IMG/VR virus record: IMGVR_UViG_3300037066_000002
Location: 1 to 62,870 of that record
Length of the DNA stretch: 62,870 nt
Reading direction: 5' to 3' (one strand)
Origin: a virus
Lineage: Duplodnaviria > Caudoviricetes
Shown here: in pieces, positions 18,901-26,649 of the stretch
Position numbering within the stretch: position 1 is the stretch's first letter
Layout of the letters: each line of letters opens with the position of its first letter
Program-made: the position numbers and the translations under genes
The notes under the pieces: generated by a model
What the model was told of the DNA's origin: nothing
What the model saw: the letters and a program-made list of their open reading frames with translations, nothing else
The model's database searches: none

Positions 18901-19483
18901 TGTTCACGGCAGGAGCCGAGGCTGTACCTGTTCCACCCCAGCCAGTATTGGAGTTGCCATCGTCCACGATGCCGTTATTCGTGACACCGTTGAGGCCCCC
19001 AATAGACGCAATATCCGGGGTCGGTGCTACGGCCGGCGGAGCAATCCCAACATTCCTCACCGTCTGTTCGCAATTCGCCTTGACCATCTTATTTTGGTCC
19101 GCGATGTAGATCCACGATTCAGGCGACTGATCGGGACGGAAAACTACCGAAGATAGCGGATTGCCGCTGAAACCTGTTGCTATGGAAGAGAATGGGCCGT
19201 TGTAAGCGCCAGCGTAAAGCGCAGTTCCGGTCCCGAGAAATAACTGATTTGGCGTGCCTCCGGGGATCAGATTATTGACCCGTCGAATCGTGTGAAGCGG
19301 AGCACCGCTATTGATCTGCGCTCCGACTGCCACATAACCAGGACGAACCTCAACCGTTCCCGCAACAACACTGCGGCAATTTCGGACGAAAGGATAGTAT
19401 CCGTCCGGCATCATGTCCACAGGATGCGCCAAATCGACGCCCATGCAGTTGAACTTCGATGGCTTGCGATTGAGTTCAGGCAT
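15941..19483 (-). CDS. Podovirus tail nozzle/stabilisation protein (P22 gp10-like) with insertions
   Basis: 1180 aa, beta-rich, GTVEVRPGY near N-terminus, TPSYDFGDP near C-terminus; follows adaptor genes. Confidence 0.65.
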   Translation of the reverse strand: MPELNRKPSKFNCMGVDLAHPVDMMPDGYYPFVRNCRSVVAGTVEVRPGYVAVGAQINSGAPLHTIRRVNNLIPGGTPNQLFLGTGTALYAGAYNGPFSSIATGFSGNPLSSVVFRPDQSPESWIYIADQNKMVKANCEQTVRNVGIAPPAVAPTPDIASIGGLNGVTNNGIVDDGNSNTGWGGTGTASAPAVNTRVPASTIVSDILYDTGSNGWCSMSPQNSIGSYEFLQSGCRLIITGSGGAETVTVQEVHGEIPQTTIAAIIYDSGSSGLCSISLGIQTPTLARNSLILLSSTSIVRVLSVTVGPDGLYSFRCNDPHTHVAGDAVRSIVTFRVYTTISIPSSGVGVPTSSTTITGNALETQVTAGVGYATKTVALDLSQFAFVNGANRPLQPDDYMHISLRFDVPSNISSGRILLDVDPVTNDFTQNFYYKEFRQSDLQSAASGTLTSVVAIQTAIQNQSIDTQAPDTGTTSLQLDTGTAQWTELFINYSDLVRVGTNQAVDLANVAAIRVELTVTDTTIMDFSAWWVAGSYGPDVQSGSPVGITYQYRYRDSRTGVRSVLSPGCRYDLYPLRQQIAVGVTASTDPQVDTIDIQRFDPSLAALVYVGSTPNATGSAFLDDTQSSLIAGNPALETNVWQPWPVLAPPQNSVVNVAGTTVQWVSGATFPTNLQPGTVLQVGNDATQLFALPISSTLLEITSNLGALTNATLTIGSPVLLGQPLPVMFGPLEGTTAIYAFGIGDPLNPGTLYWTNGNDLDSADTVNTLEVTSPSEPLVSGCVWQTLIFVASAKRVFLVTPSFSQNSTGAQTIIFTSTELTSISGSFSPWGMAKGQQGVYMIGRDGLYQLNYNSGSYFAQQIYPLFPHDGKPAVATNGFNPVTMTTPQYLRLAYCDAALMFDYEDSASSMLTFEIDTNGNFWPHQYADSVLTHYWEEVPEGVEPRMLMGTSDGFLMSSGSYATDNGSALFGTIRTPSYDFGDPRTLKLFMDTMTDVDATGGYTFYAGFNNYSTVVTVGTQSAVAGRSQYLNSISSTAAAGLVLYRNFAAEYVIGAGTVLYEFEPSYYNQPFYSNLYTTQLLDHGMPGWKQLRFGRIALISTAATTIQILNDDGVLLANFTVPSSNGILFNDFVQLPNAAKGRMLRYSASNSSPFVLFVENTTVRIKKWGGQQFAEVRPFLQ

Positions 19484-19727
19484 AGTCGGATGTAACTTTC
19501 TCAGCGAACCGCTGCGCTGACTCCAGACTTATAAATCTAAATTCTTTGTCTTTTTCGTCGAGATTTGTTTTGACAAAAAACGCTACCTCGTACTGGTATT
19601 CTATTGGATCTGTCGGCTGGTATACCTTGGCAATAATCCTTCCGCTTGCGTGGAACAAAACGGCATGATTGTACCTTTCTCCCTCTCGGTCGCGACCTTC
19701 GTGAAACTGCCAGTCGATATCAGGCAT
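19476..19727 (-). CDS. AT-richer inserted small gene (moron-like)
   Basis: Flanked by direct repeat TCAGGCATAG at 19476 and 19720. Confidence 0.6.
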   Translation of the reverse strand: MPDIDWQFHEGRDREGERYNHAVLFHASGRIIAKVYQPTDPIEYQYEVAFFVKTNLDEKDKEFRFISLESAQRFAEKVTSDYA

Positions 19728-21090
19728 AGCGGTTAGCCGTCGAGCTTGCGGCGGCGGCATCCTCCGGCTTGACGTTCATCGTACTCGCGCCCATCTGTGC
19801 GTCATTCTCGCGCCCCGGCATTCCGTACAGCGGACCCATAAACTTGATCTGCTTCGATTGGATCGCGTTTCGGTCCTTCGCGCTGGACATGAAATTATCG
19901 TACAGGCTCATGTTTGAGAAGAACTCTACGCCGGCGAGCTTGAATCCGAGGTAGTGCTGCGCGTAATCGATAATCGTCGGAATCATCTCACGCCCAATCT
20001 GGATAAACTCGTCATCTGATGCCGGAATCGGGGCGCTCGCTAGAACGTCAACCGTGCAACCATATCCGCTATCGGGAACTTTCGAGAAGCAGAGCAAGTC
20101 GAGATCGCACCCTGAGTTGTACGGTTTTCCGCTCGTCATGCGCCAATACGGGAAAGCAGCGTTCAGTTGAGTAATCGTGCTCAATCCGATAGGGACATTG
20201 TTGATTTGAACGCGCGCTGCCGATTTATGGTCTTTGGCAACTGCTACGGTCTGCTGATAGCGTCGGTCGCAGTAGTCGGCGCGGTAGGGATCAAAAGATT
20301 CTCCGTCCATCGTGAACAGGTCGGAAAGCGCCGCGTACTTGATGGCGTGCGAGAACTCGTCAGGGACGCCCAGAAGCGTTGTGGGCGTGACCGGCTGCGT
20401 GTAGTTGTCGCTCAAGGCCGTTACCCACTCAATAGCGCCGTCATTGAGCGGCGGCGGGAATAACTGAACCTGCGTCGGCTGCGTCACGCTTTGCGAGAAA
20501 GCGAATGGCACCCCCGGTTCGAGAGTCCACTGCGGATTATAACTATCCTGCGCCCAGGCATCGGTCGGACGAAGCACCGTCCATGCGCTGGAAACCTGAT
20601 CCTGCCAGTACCCATGACGCAGGTAAACGTAACTCTCATCGACCGTGATAACAGCGTCAGGGGCGGCCGTGACAGGCTGCGGAGCGGATACATTCAAGGG
20701 AAGCGCCGCATCCATCACGAGGCGGTTGCGCCCACGGATTACGGCGTTGATGATTTGGGTGATGTTGAACTGAGAAGATAGTCCAGTTCCAGCGACCCCA
20801 CCAGGCAACTCAAAGCAGTGGAAGTCGATTTCGGTGACGATATCGTTGAATGTAACTGCTCGAGGACGAAGCGCCGGGAGTTGAACAGATAGATCGTACC
20901 AGGGAACCGTGGGACTAAGCGAGAATTCTCCTTTGGCTCGCCAGTAAGAAGTGAGACACCCCCAATACCTGAGAGCTTCGATGACGGCGTATCTGATTTC
21001 AATGTAGTTCCACTGGATGAAATTCGGGTCATCATTCAGCGCGGCAACCTGCGCGACAAGGGACGCCATTGTGTATTGCGAATATGGCAT
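19720..21090 (-). CDS. Head-tail adaptor-like protein
   Basis: VQLFPPP...LLGVPDEFSHAIKYAAL; position in structural operon. Confidence 0.6.
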   Translation of the reverse strand: MPYSQYTMASLVAQVAALNDDPNFIQWNYIEIRYAVIEALRYWGCLTSYWRAKGEFSLSPTVPWYDLSVQLPALRPRAVTFNDIVTEIDFHCFELPGGVAGTGLSSQFNITQIINAVIRGRNRLVMDAALPLNVSAPQPVTAAPDAVITVDESYVYLRHGYWQDQVSSAWTVLRPTDAWAQDSYNPQWTLEPGVPFAFSQSVTQPTQVQLFPPPLNDGAIEWVTALSDNYTQPVTPTTLLGVPDEFSHAIKYAALSDLFTMDGESFDPYRADYCDRRYQQTVAVAKDHKSAARVQINNVPIGLSTITQLNAAFPYWRMTSGKPYNSGCDLDLLCFSKVPDSGYGCTVDVLASAPIPASDDEFIQIGREMIPTIIDYAQHYLGFKLAGVEFFSNMSLYDNFMSSAKDRNAIQSKQIKFMGPLYGMPGRENDAQMGASTMNVKPEDAAAASSTANRYA

Positions 21091-21193
21091 CTCAATTCAA
21101 ACACGTCTCTATTCGCATCGCATCGGGGCCGATTTCCCAAACGTATAGGATGTATCGGCCCGCGCGAGTGATGCTGTAAAGTTCCCACATTTG

Positions 21194-21430
21194 TTACTTG
21201 CGAATGTCTTCGCCGAGGCCAGATTCCGCCGGCCCGCTGAGCATTCCGCCGCCGTTGAAGTTAGCTTTTCCGGGGTCCGCAAACCCCGCCGTCGCGTTGC
21301 CGTAGTCGAACACTTTCGGCATCCCGTCGCTCTGAATGGGCTTGCTGCCAGTCACCGTGTTATTGAACGGAGTCTGGAAGATCCCCGCTACGCTGCTGCC
21401 GGTTCCGTCGTCTGCTTTTCCGTTGGCCAT
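21194..21430 (-). CDS. Small hypothetical (possibly virion) protein
   Basis: AAGGAG RBS. Confidence 0.6.
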   Translation of the reverse strand: MANGKADDGTGSSVAGIFQTPFNNTVTGSKPIQSDGMPKVFDYGNATAGFADPGKANFNGGGMLSGPAESGLGEDIRK

Positions 21431-21588
21431 GTTGGCTCCTTTGCATCTATCTTAACCCGCTTGAAGTACCAGCGGGCGGCATACCCGACTTCCCGCACGT
21501 AGAACAGGAGTTCCCATCCTTCCGCGCCGAGCGCGTTCAGGGCATCTTCGTTCAACTTGTCCAGAACTACCACTTTGTATTCAAACAT
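21388..21588 (-). CDS. DUF4177-like small protein
   Basis: FEYKVV...LNALGAEGWEL...YFKR. Confidence 0.7.
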   Translation of the reverse strand: MFEYKVVVLDKLNEDALNALGAEGWELLFYVREVGYAARWYFKRVKIDAKEPTWPTEKQTTEPAAA

Positions 21589-22863
21589 TTACCAACTCCC
21601 TGTCGGAATCGCGTGATCGCGAAGCCATGAGCCGTCCATGAAGGGCATCGGTGCCCAGGGCGTCTGATCCTGGTAGACCATATCGCGGATCGCCGTCGAA
21701 TCGTCCTTCAACTCCAGGTCCATCGCGTAGCGCTCGTACTGCGCGGAGTGTCGAGCGGCCAGCGCCAGCGAGAAATACGGGTTTGGCGCGTCAGCACTGA
21801 CCCCCGGATACATCGCGCACTTCTCCAACGCTTTTTCGAGGATCACATCCCGGCGCACGAACGGCGGCAACTGCGGATTATTCTCGTCAAACGGCGGAAT
21901 CTTTGCCACGTACAGAAACGGATAATAGTAAAGCTGCGTCATCGGGTGGGGCCACATCTCATAGCGCGGCGAAACTTGAGACTGCGTATAGTCCTGAGCA
22001 CAGTTCGACACAAAGACGTTGCCGACCACATAGGCCGTTAGTGCGGTCGGGAAATACACCTGCACGCCGTCAGACAGATTTATCGGGTTATTGTCGCCTA
22101 CCAGTTGCGGGGGAGAAACTGCCGTCCCCACGCCGTTGCTGATGCGGAACCAGGTGAACGCCAGCGACCCGTCCCCCGGATTTCCTCCCGTCGAGATTGT
22201 GACCACATATGTCGCGCTGCCAGGGTACGAGTACCCGAATGTCGTCGTCGCGGTCGGAGCGGGGCCGCTGCCGGAAACCTGAAGAATCGCGCCCACATTG
22301 CCCTGCGATCCGTTTAGCCCGCCCCCGTAGTCGATAAAGCTCACGCATCGCGGCGTCTGGTTCTGCGACCGTTGCGGGTCCCAAAAATCCAGTTGTGGCT
22401 GCATGATGTTCGTGTGGAGTTTGAAGTTGTTCTGGACATCCTTCAGCGTCAACCATTCGCGGAAGTCGGCAGGCGTCGGATAATATGCCTGGTAAATCAG
22501 GTACGACTGTGTAATCTGTTGCTGGCCGATCCACGGCTGATCGAGGACCAGGGATGTTGCCGAATTCACCGCTGAAATCGTGTAGATCGGCGTGTAAATC
22601 CCGAAGCGGAACTGGCGACCGATGAGTGTCTGGTTCCAGTTCGTTCCGCTGCCGGTGACGTTTGCCGTATTTGGGGTCGCCGTCGCCGTCCCCGTGTTAA
22701 TGAGGTTTGGCGGGGCGAAAGTTGAATTACGAATCAGCCACGACCACTCCCGGCGTTCGGCGAACTCCTGAAACGCATCCTTCACAAACGCCTGCGCCTG
22801 CGCCGGATCAACCGGCGCACGCAACAGGACGTTGTTCCAGACAGAACTGAATTCGTTTGCCAT
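21589..22863 (-). CDS. Head-tail adaptor protein with inserted beta domains
   Basis: N-terminal helix ...EFAERREWSWL; YEMWPHP; VTGSGTNW insertion. Confidence 0.65.
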   Translation of the reverse strand: MANEFSSVWNNVLLRAPVDPAQAQAFVKDAFQEFAERREWSWLIRNSTFAPPNLINTGTATATPNTANVTGSGTNWNQTLIGRQFRFGIYTPIYTISAVNSATSLVLDQPWIGQQQITQSYLIYQAYYPTPADFREWLTLKDVQNNFKLHTNIMQPQLDFWDPQRSQNQTPRCVSFIDYGGGLNGSQGNVGAILQVSGSGPAPTATTTFGYSYPGSATYVVTISTGGNPGDGSLAFTWFRISNGVGTAVSPPQLVGDNNPINLSDGVQVYFPTALTAYVVGNVFVSNCAQDYTQSQVSPRYEMWPHPMTQLYYYPFLYVAKIPPFDENNPQLPPFVRRDVILEKALEKCAMYPGVSADAPNPYFSLALAARHSAQYERYAMDLELKDDSTAIRDMVYQDQTPWAPMPFMDGSWLRDHAIPTGSW

Positions 22864-22869
22864 TCACCG

Positions 22870-23130
22870 CTACCGACACCAGACCGAGACGACCTCGTTC
22901 ATAGTATTGGATGAGTTAAAGGTGATGACAAGCGGCTGAGTTCCGGCGACCGATACGGAGGTCACAAGACTTCCCGGCCCAAGGTCCACCTTAATCAGGC
23001 TGGCGAAGTTGAGGCTCCAGGTTGATCCGGTAGGCCCCGCGATGTTCGCCGTAACCTTTTGCTGATCTCCCACCACGCTCTTGATGATGGAAGGGGCCGA
23101 ATACGGCCCGGTGAGTGTAAGTGCCGCCAT
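22870..23130 (-). CDS. Small structural protein
   Basis: Position, TAATG coupling. Confidence 0.6.
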   Translation of the reverse strand: MAALTLTGPYSAPSIIKSVVGDQQKVTANIAGPTGSTWSLNFASLIKVDLGPGSLVTSVSVAGTQPLVITFNSSNTMNEVVSVWCR

Positions 23131-23708
23131 TAGTCCACGCTCGCAATATCGACATCGACCGTAACGGTGTACGGGCTGCTACCCGTGGGAACCGCTCGAA
23201 TGATGCCAACCGGGGGATAGGGAGGCGCCGTGCCGATGGCCGAAGCCGTGACGCTGGGAACCGTGGTCGAACTCGCCGGGATGGCGATCTGACCCACGGT
23301 GCCGCTGTTGTCGGAGTTGACCAGAACGCCGTTGCCCTTTTGGAGCACATCGACGTAATAGCCGGCCGTCGCAGCAACACGGAAGATCCCGGCCACCGCA
23401 TTGCGCTGGGCGACACCAGTGGAGCCAGCCACGTTCGGCGAACCAGCGAGAGCAAAGCGAGAATCGTTGGTTACGATCTTCTTGCTCTTGTCTAACCAGT
23501 AGGCCAGTTGCGTTGCGAGCACAGCGCCGGTTGGGGTGGCCGAAGTTGCGCCCGAATCGACCTGCACGCGCTGGTACTTGTTGCCGGAGTTGTAAAACTG
23601 CGCTCCGAGTTCGGCGGGTGCGTAGAGAGTCGCGACGTTCGTGGCGTCCGCGTTTGCGCCGTAGATATACGGGTTGATGCTGAATCCAACATTGGTTGTT
23701 TGTGCCAT
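23130..23708 (-). CDS. Capsid decoration/cement-like protein
   Basis: Directly after MCP, strong RBS, Ala/Gly/Thr-rich. Confidence 0.6.
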   Translation of the reverse strand: MAQTTNVGFSINPYIYGANADATNVATLYAPAELGAQFYNSGNKYQRVQVDSGATSATPTGAVLATQLAYWLDKSKKIVTNDSRFALAGSPNVAGSTGVAQRNAVAGIFRVAATAGYYVDVLQKGNGVLVNSDNSGTVGQIAIPASSTTVPSVTASAIGTAPPYPPVGIIRAVPTGSSPYTVTVDVDIASVD

Positions 23709-23735
23709 GATAGTTTCTCCTTTTCTCCCGTATTC

Positions 23736-24857
23736 TTAGGCGTTGAACCCGTAGACCCACTGGTGCAGGTAGGGAGTCGGAACCGTGAGGTTGACACCCA
23801 TCAGGCACAAGCCGGTAAGAACGGTCGAGTTTGCTTCGGGAATGAATTCGCGGAATCCGCCCTGATAAACGCCGTCGCTGGAGATGTAGAGGTTCAACTT
23901 CTCCTTGCGGGCATTGAGGATCAGTATGGACTCCGAGGACGGAACCTGAAGTGTCGGGTACGGCTGAAGCGCCGCATTCGGTCCCTGGCCGAGAGTTTCG
24001 GTCAGCACCTGAACGGCGACCTTGTTGGCGCGGGTTCCGGCGGTTGCGATATCGGAGCCGGGGACGTAGCGCGAAGCCATGACCACGGAGCCGTTGAATT
24101 GCATACCAGTGAAGCCTGCGTCCAATTTGACGTTCTGGAAGCGCTGCTGCGTCTGGAAGCGATTCTGGATGATGCCGTAGCCTTTCGGCGTGGTCATCAG
24201 CGTGTTAGGCTCCCATTCTCCGGTGCCCTGATAGCAGTTGAAGTACTGCGAGTTCAGGACATCGTACTCGATGGTTCCGGGAGTTGAGCCGCTACCGATA
24301 TTGTACGGAGTCGAGTTCAGGGAAGATCCCACAACGCCGTTGCGAGTGTTCTGGCCGTAGTAAACATACGTGTTCCCGAATGGACCTACCGTGGTTCCAT
24401 CGCTCAGCGCTTCGTCGAAGCCGTTGACGTTGGCCGCATAGGATGCCTGACCGTTCAGGTAACTCATGATGCTCAGGAACGCGCCGATGGCCATCATGCC
24501 TTCAGCCACACGCGCCTTGATGAGTTTCGTGACCGCGAGCGGTCCACGGTTGAGAACCTGAATGTCTTCGGCGTACAGCGTTACCGCGACTTCGACGTAT
24601 TTCATGTCGAAGCGGAGTTGCTGTTCCGTCTGCTTCTGGATGACGTTGAACTTCTTGCCCTTCTGGTAGAAGCCGCCAGGGAGCACGTCATACAGGAAGT
24701 TTTCGTTGATGGACGAACCGCCGGCGAATTCCTTTTTGAAGGAATTCCGAAGCATGTACGTCAGGCCGTCGTGGTTGAAAAGGTTGTCGTAAATCTCCGG
24801 TTCTGTGGAGATCAGACGGCGAGTGAATACATTAATCTGATCTAAGCCGTCAGGCAT
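23736..24857 (-). CDS. Major capsid protein
   Basis: 373 aa between scaffold and decoration genes; IYDNLF, GG.SINE, QQRF...AGFTG.QFNG. Confidence 0.8.
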   Translation of the reverse strand: MPDGLDQINVFTRRLISTEPEIYDNLFNHDGLTYMLRNSFKKEFAGGSSINENFLYDVLPGGFYQKGKKFNVIQKQTEQQLRFDMKYVEVAVTLYAEDIQVLNRGPLAVTKLIKARVAEGMMAIGAFLSIMSYLNGQASYAANVNGFDEALSDGTTVGPFGNTYVYYGQNTRNGVVGSSLNSTPYNIGSGSTPGTIEYDVLNSQYFNCYQGTGEWEPNTLMTTPKGYGIIQNRFQTQQRFQNVKLDAGFTGMQFNGSVVMASRYVPGSDIATAGTRANKVAVQVLTETLGQGPNAALQPYPTLQVPSSESILILNARKEKLNLYISSDGVYQGGFREFIPEANSTVLTGLCLMGVNLTVPTPYLHQWVYGFNA

Positions 24858-24988
24858 AGTAAGGGCGCTCCCGCGCTGGAGGCCATGCGCCCGGTTGACG
24901 GAAAAATCAGATGAAAGCGAACGCCAGAAGTCTGGAGTGCGAAACGGTCAGGTTGGCGACGTAACGGATGAATGAATCCGTTATGGTG

Positions 24989-25795
24989 TTACGCCGCGCG
25001 AGACTTTGCGCCGGGGGCGCTATCGTTCCACATTGCCAGAAGTTCCTGATCACTCATCGACTTCTCTGCCACTCCGGTCTTTGGCCGGTCGTAGAAACTG
25101 GGAGGAACTTCCTGATTACCCTGCACGGCATGGACCCCGGCGCGAGTGAGCGCGTCACGGACCTTTTCGGCGGCGTAGTCTTCTTTTTCCTTCGTCAGTT
25201 TCTGCTGTTCCATTTCGCGAACTCGCGGGCCGACATGCTGCTCGTAGGCTCCCGCGTAGGTCACGCCCTTTTCGGCCATGATTCTGTTCATCGCCGTTAC
25301 ATCTTCAACGGTCAGCTTGAGGCCGCGAGTCTGAGCGTCGGCAAGAATCGCCATCTGCTCCGTGCTCATAGCCGAGAATCGCTTCCCTTGTTCGTCCAGC
25401 ATGGCCTGAACCTGCTGCATAGTCATACCAGTCGCCGCTGCGGCATCCCGAACTTCAGTCCTGGAGGAATCGGCATCGAGAGCGCCGAAGCGTTCCTGAT
25501 ACCTGGCAAGGGCAGTCTGCTGATCTATGTAAGCCTTGTAAGTTTTGGACCCGGCGCCTTGACCCGCATATTCCCCTTTCCCTTCCCACCAATCTTGCCA
25601 TCTCTTAGCCGTAGCCGCTTGCGGTTCAAGGTTGCGCACCTTGTCCAGTGCCGAGCTATATTCGGAATGGCGATTGTCGCGATTCTCGATCTCCTTCCAC
25701 TGCGGCTGAGAAAGCGCCACGTTGACCTGTTCATCAGTCAACCCTGCCCCCTTCGCCATCGCTTTGAAGAGATCAACTGCCTTGTCGTTCGTCAT
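24989..25795 (-). CDS. Capsid scaffolding protein
   Basis: Helical charged protein upstream of MCP with short C-terminal amphipathic helix. Confidence 0.7.
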   Translation of the reverse strand: MTNDKAVDLFKAMAKGAGLTDEQVNVALSQPQWKEIENRDNRHSEYSSALDKVRNLEPQAATAKRWQDWWEGKGEYAGQGAGSKTYKAYIDQQTALARYQERFGALDADSSRTEVRDAAAATGMTMQQVQAMLDEQGKRFSAMSTEQMAILADAQTRGLKLTVEDVTAMNRIMAEKGVTYAGAYEQHVGPRVREMEQQKLTKEKEDYAAEKVRDALTRAGVHAVQGNQEVPPSFYDRPKTGVAEKSMSDQELLAMWNDSAPGAKSRAA

Positions 25796-25925
25796 TGAGT
25801 GCCAGCCCCTCCTCGGAGCCTACTCGTTCAAAAATCGTTTGGTCCGGGTATGGACTGGAATCCACTATCTCCCATCGATTACGCGGTTGTTCTCAATCAT
25901 TTGAACTAGGCCGAACCAAAACCCT

Positions 25926-26306
25926 TTACCCCGGCGGCATCGGCGGAGCACCCACGCCCATACCTTGCGGTCCACCGCCAGCGCCACCCGCACCGGGCGC
26001 TCCACCGGGAGAACCGGGAGCGCTTCCGGGAGGAGGAGCGCCGGGGCCACCGCCAGCGGCCATAATCACGTTCGGAACCGCCTGCCCGAGTTGGCTCAAA
26101 AACTGAGCGATGAACGGAGACAGCGGCGGTAATCCCGAAGCCAGCTTTTGCGCGGCTCCCTGCAAATCCTGCATCGCCTGCATTACACCGGGAAGCTGCG
26201 ACGGATCGAACCCTCCCGGTCCAGCCTGACCACCCGGCATCGGCGTCACCGGCCCAATCGGGGGCATCTGGTTAGCGCCTTGCGATGGCGGCGGCATCGG
26301 AGACAT
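25926..26306 (-). CDS. Pro/Gly-rich small protein
   Basis: Typical gene between portal and scaffold. Confidence 0.65.
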   Translation of the reverse strand: MSPMPPPSQGANQMPPIGPVTPMPGGQAGPGGFDPSQLPGVMQAMQDLQGAAQKLASGLPPLSPFIAQFLSQLGQAVPNVIMAAGGGPGAPPPGSAPGSPGGAPGAGGAGGGPQGMGVGAPPMPPG

Positions 26307-26310
26307 GAGA

Positions 26311-26610
26311 TTACTTCATGCTCCCGCGAATATCCTTGCCCATTCCGGTAGGCCCCTTGATACCGGACTTCCCAGTACCCATCGAAGCCTTCTTCGGGAA
26401 GCCGACGCCGTTTTTCGCGCCCATTCCCTTGCCCATCGATTTCTTTGCCATTCCGAGTCCTGTTCCGCCCGAACTGAGTCCAGGCACCATCGTTGAAATT
26501 GCCGGCGAACCACTCGTCGCGGCAATCGAAGCCGGTTTCGACGGCACGATAGAAACGGAACTGCGTCCCTTATCGCGGACGGTATCGGCCAAAGATTCGC
26601 TGAGTGACAT
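26311..26610 (-). CDS. Basic Gly/Lys/Met-rich small protein
   Basis: Low-complexity basic ORF after portal. Confidence 0.6.
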   Translation of the reverse strand: MSLSESLADTVRDKGRSSVSIVPSKPASIAATSGSPAISTMVPGLSSGGTGLGMAKKSMGKGMGAKNGVGFPKKASMGTGKSGIKGPTGMGKDIRGSMK

Positions 26611-26649
26611 CTGAAGAGAGTATACAACTTAACAAGTTGCGGGTGTCAA
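26611..26649 (-). promoter_or_regulatory. Sigma70-type promoter with 19-bp spacer and internal dyad
   Basis: TTGACA-19-TATACT; spacer holds CAACTT-N3-AAGTTG (26625-26639). Confidence 0.65.

Noticed and set aside
7570-25058. Diversity-generating retroelement TR/VR pair
   Set aside because: No reverse transcriptase, only 42 nt, and mismatches are not consistently at adenines
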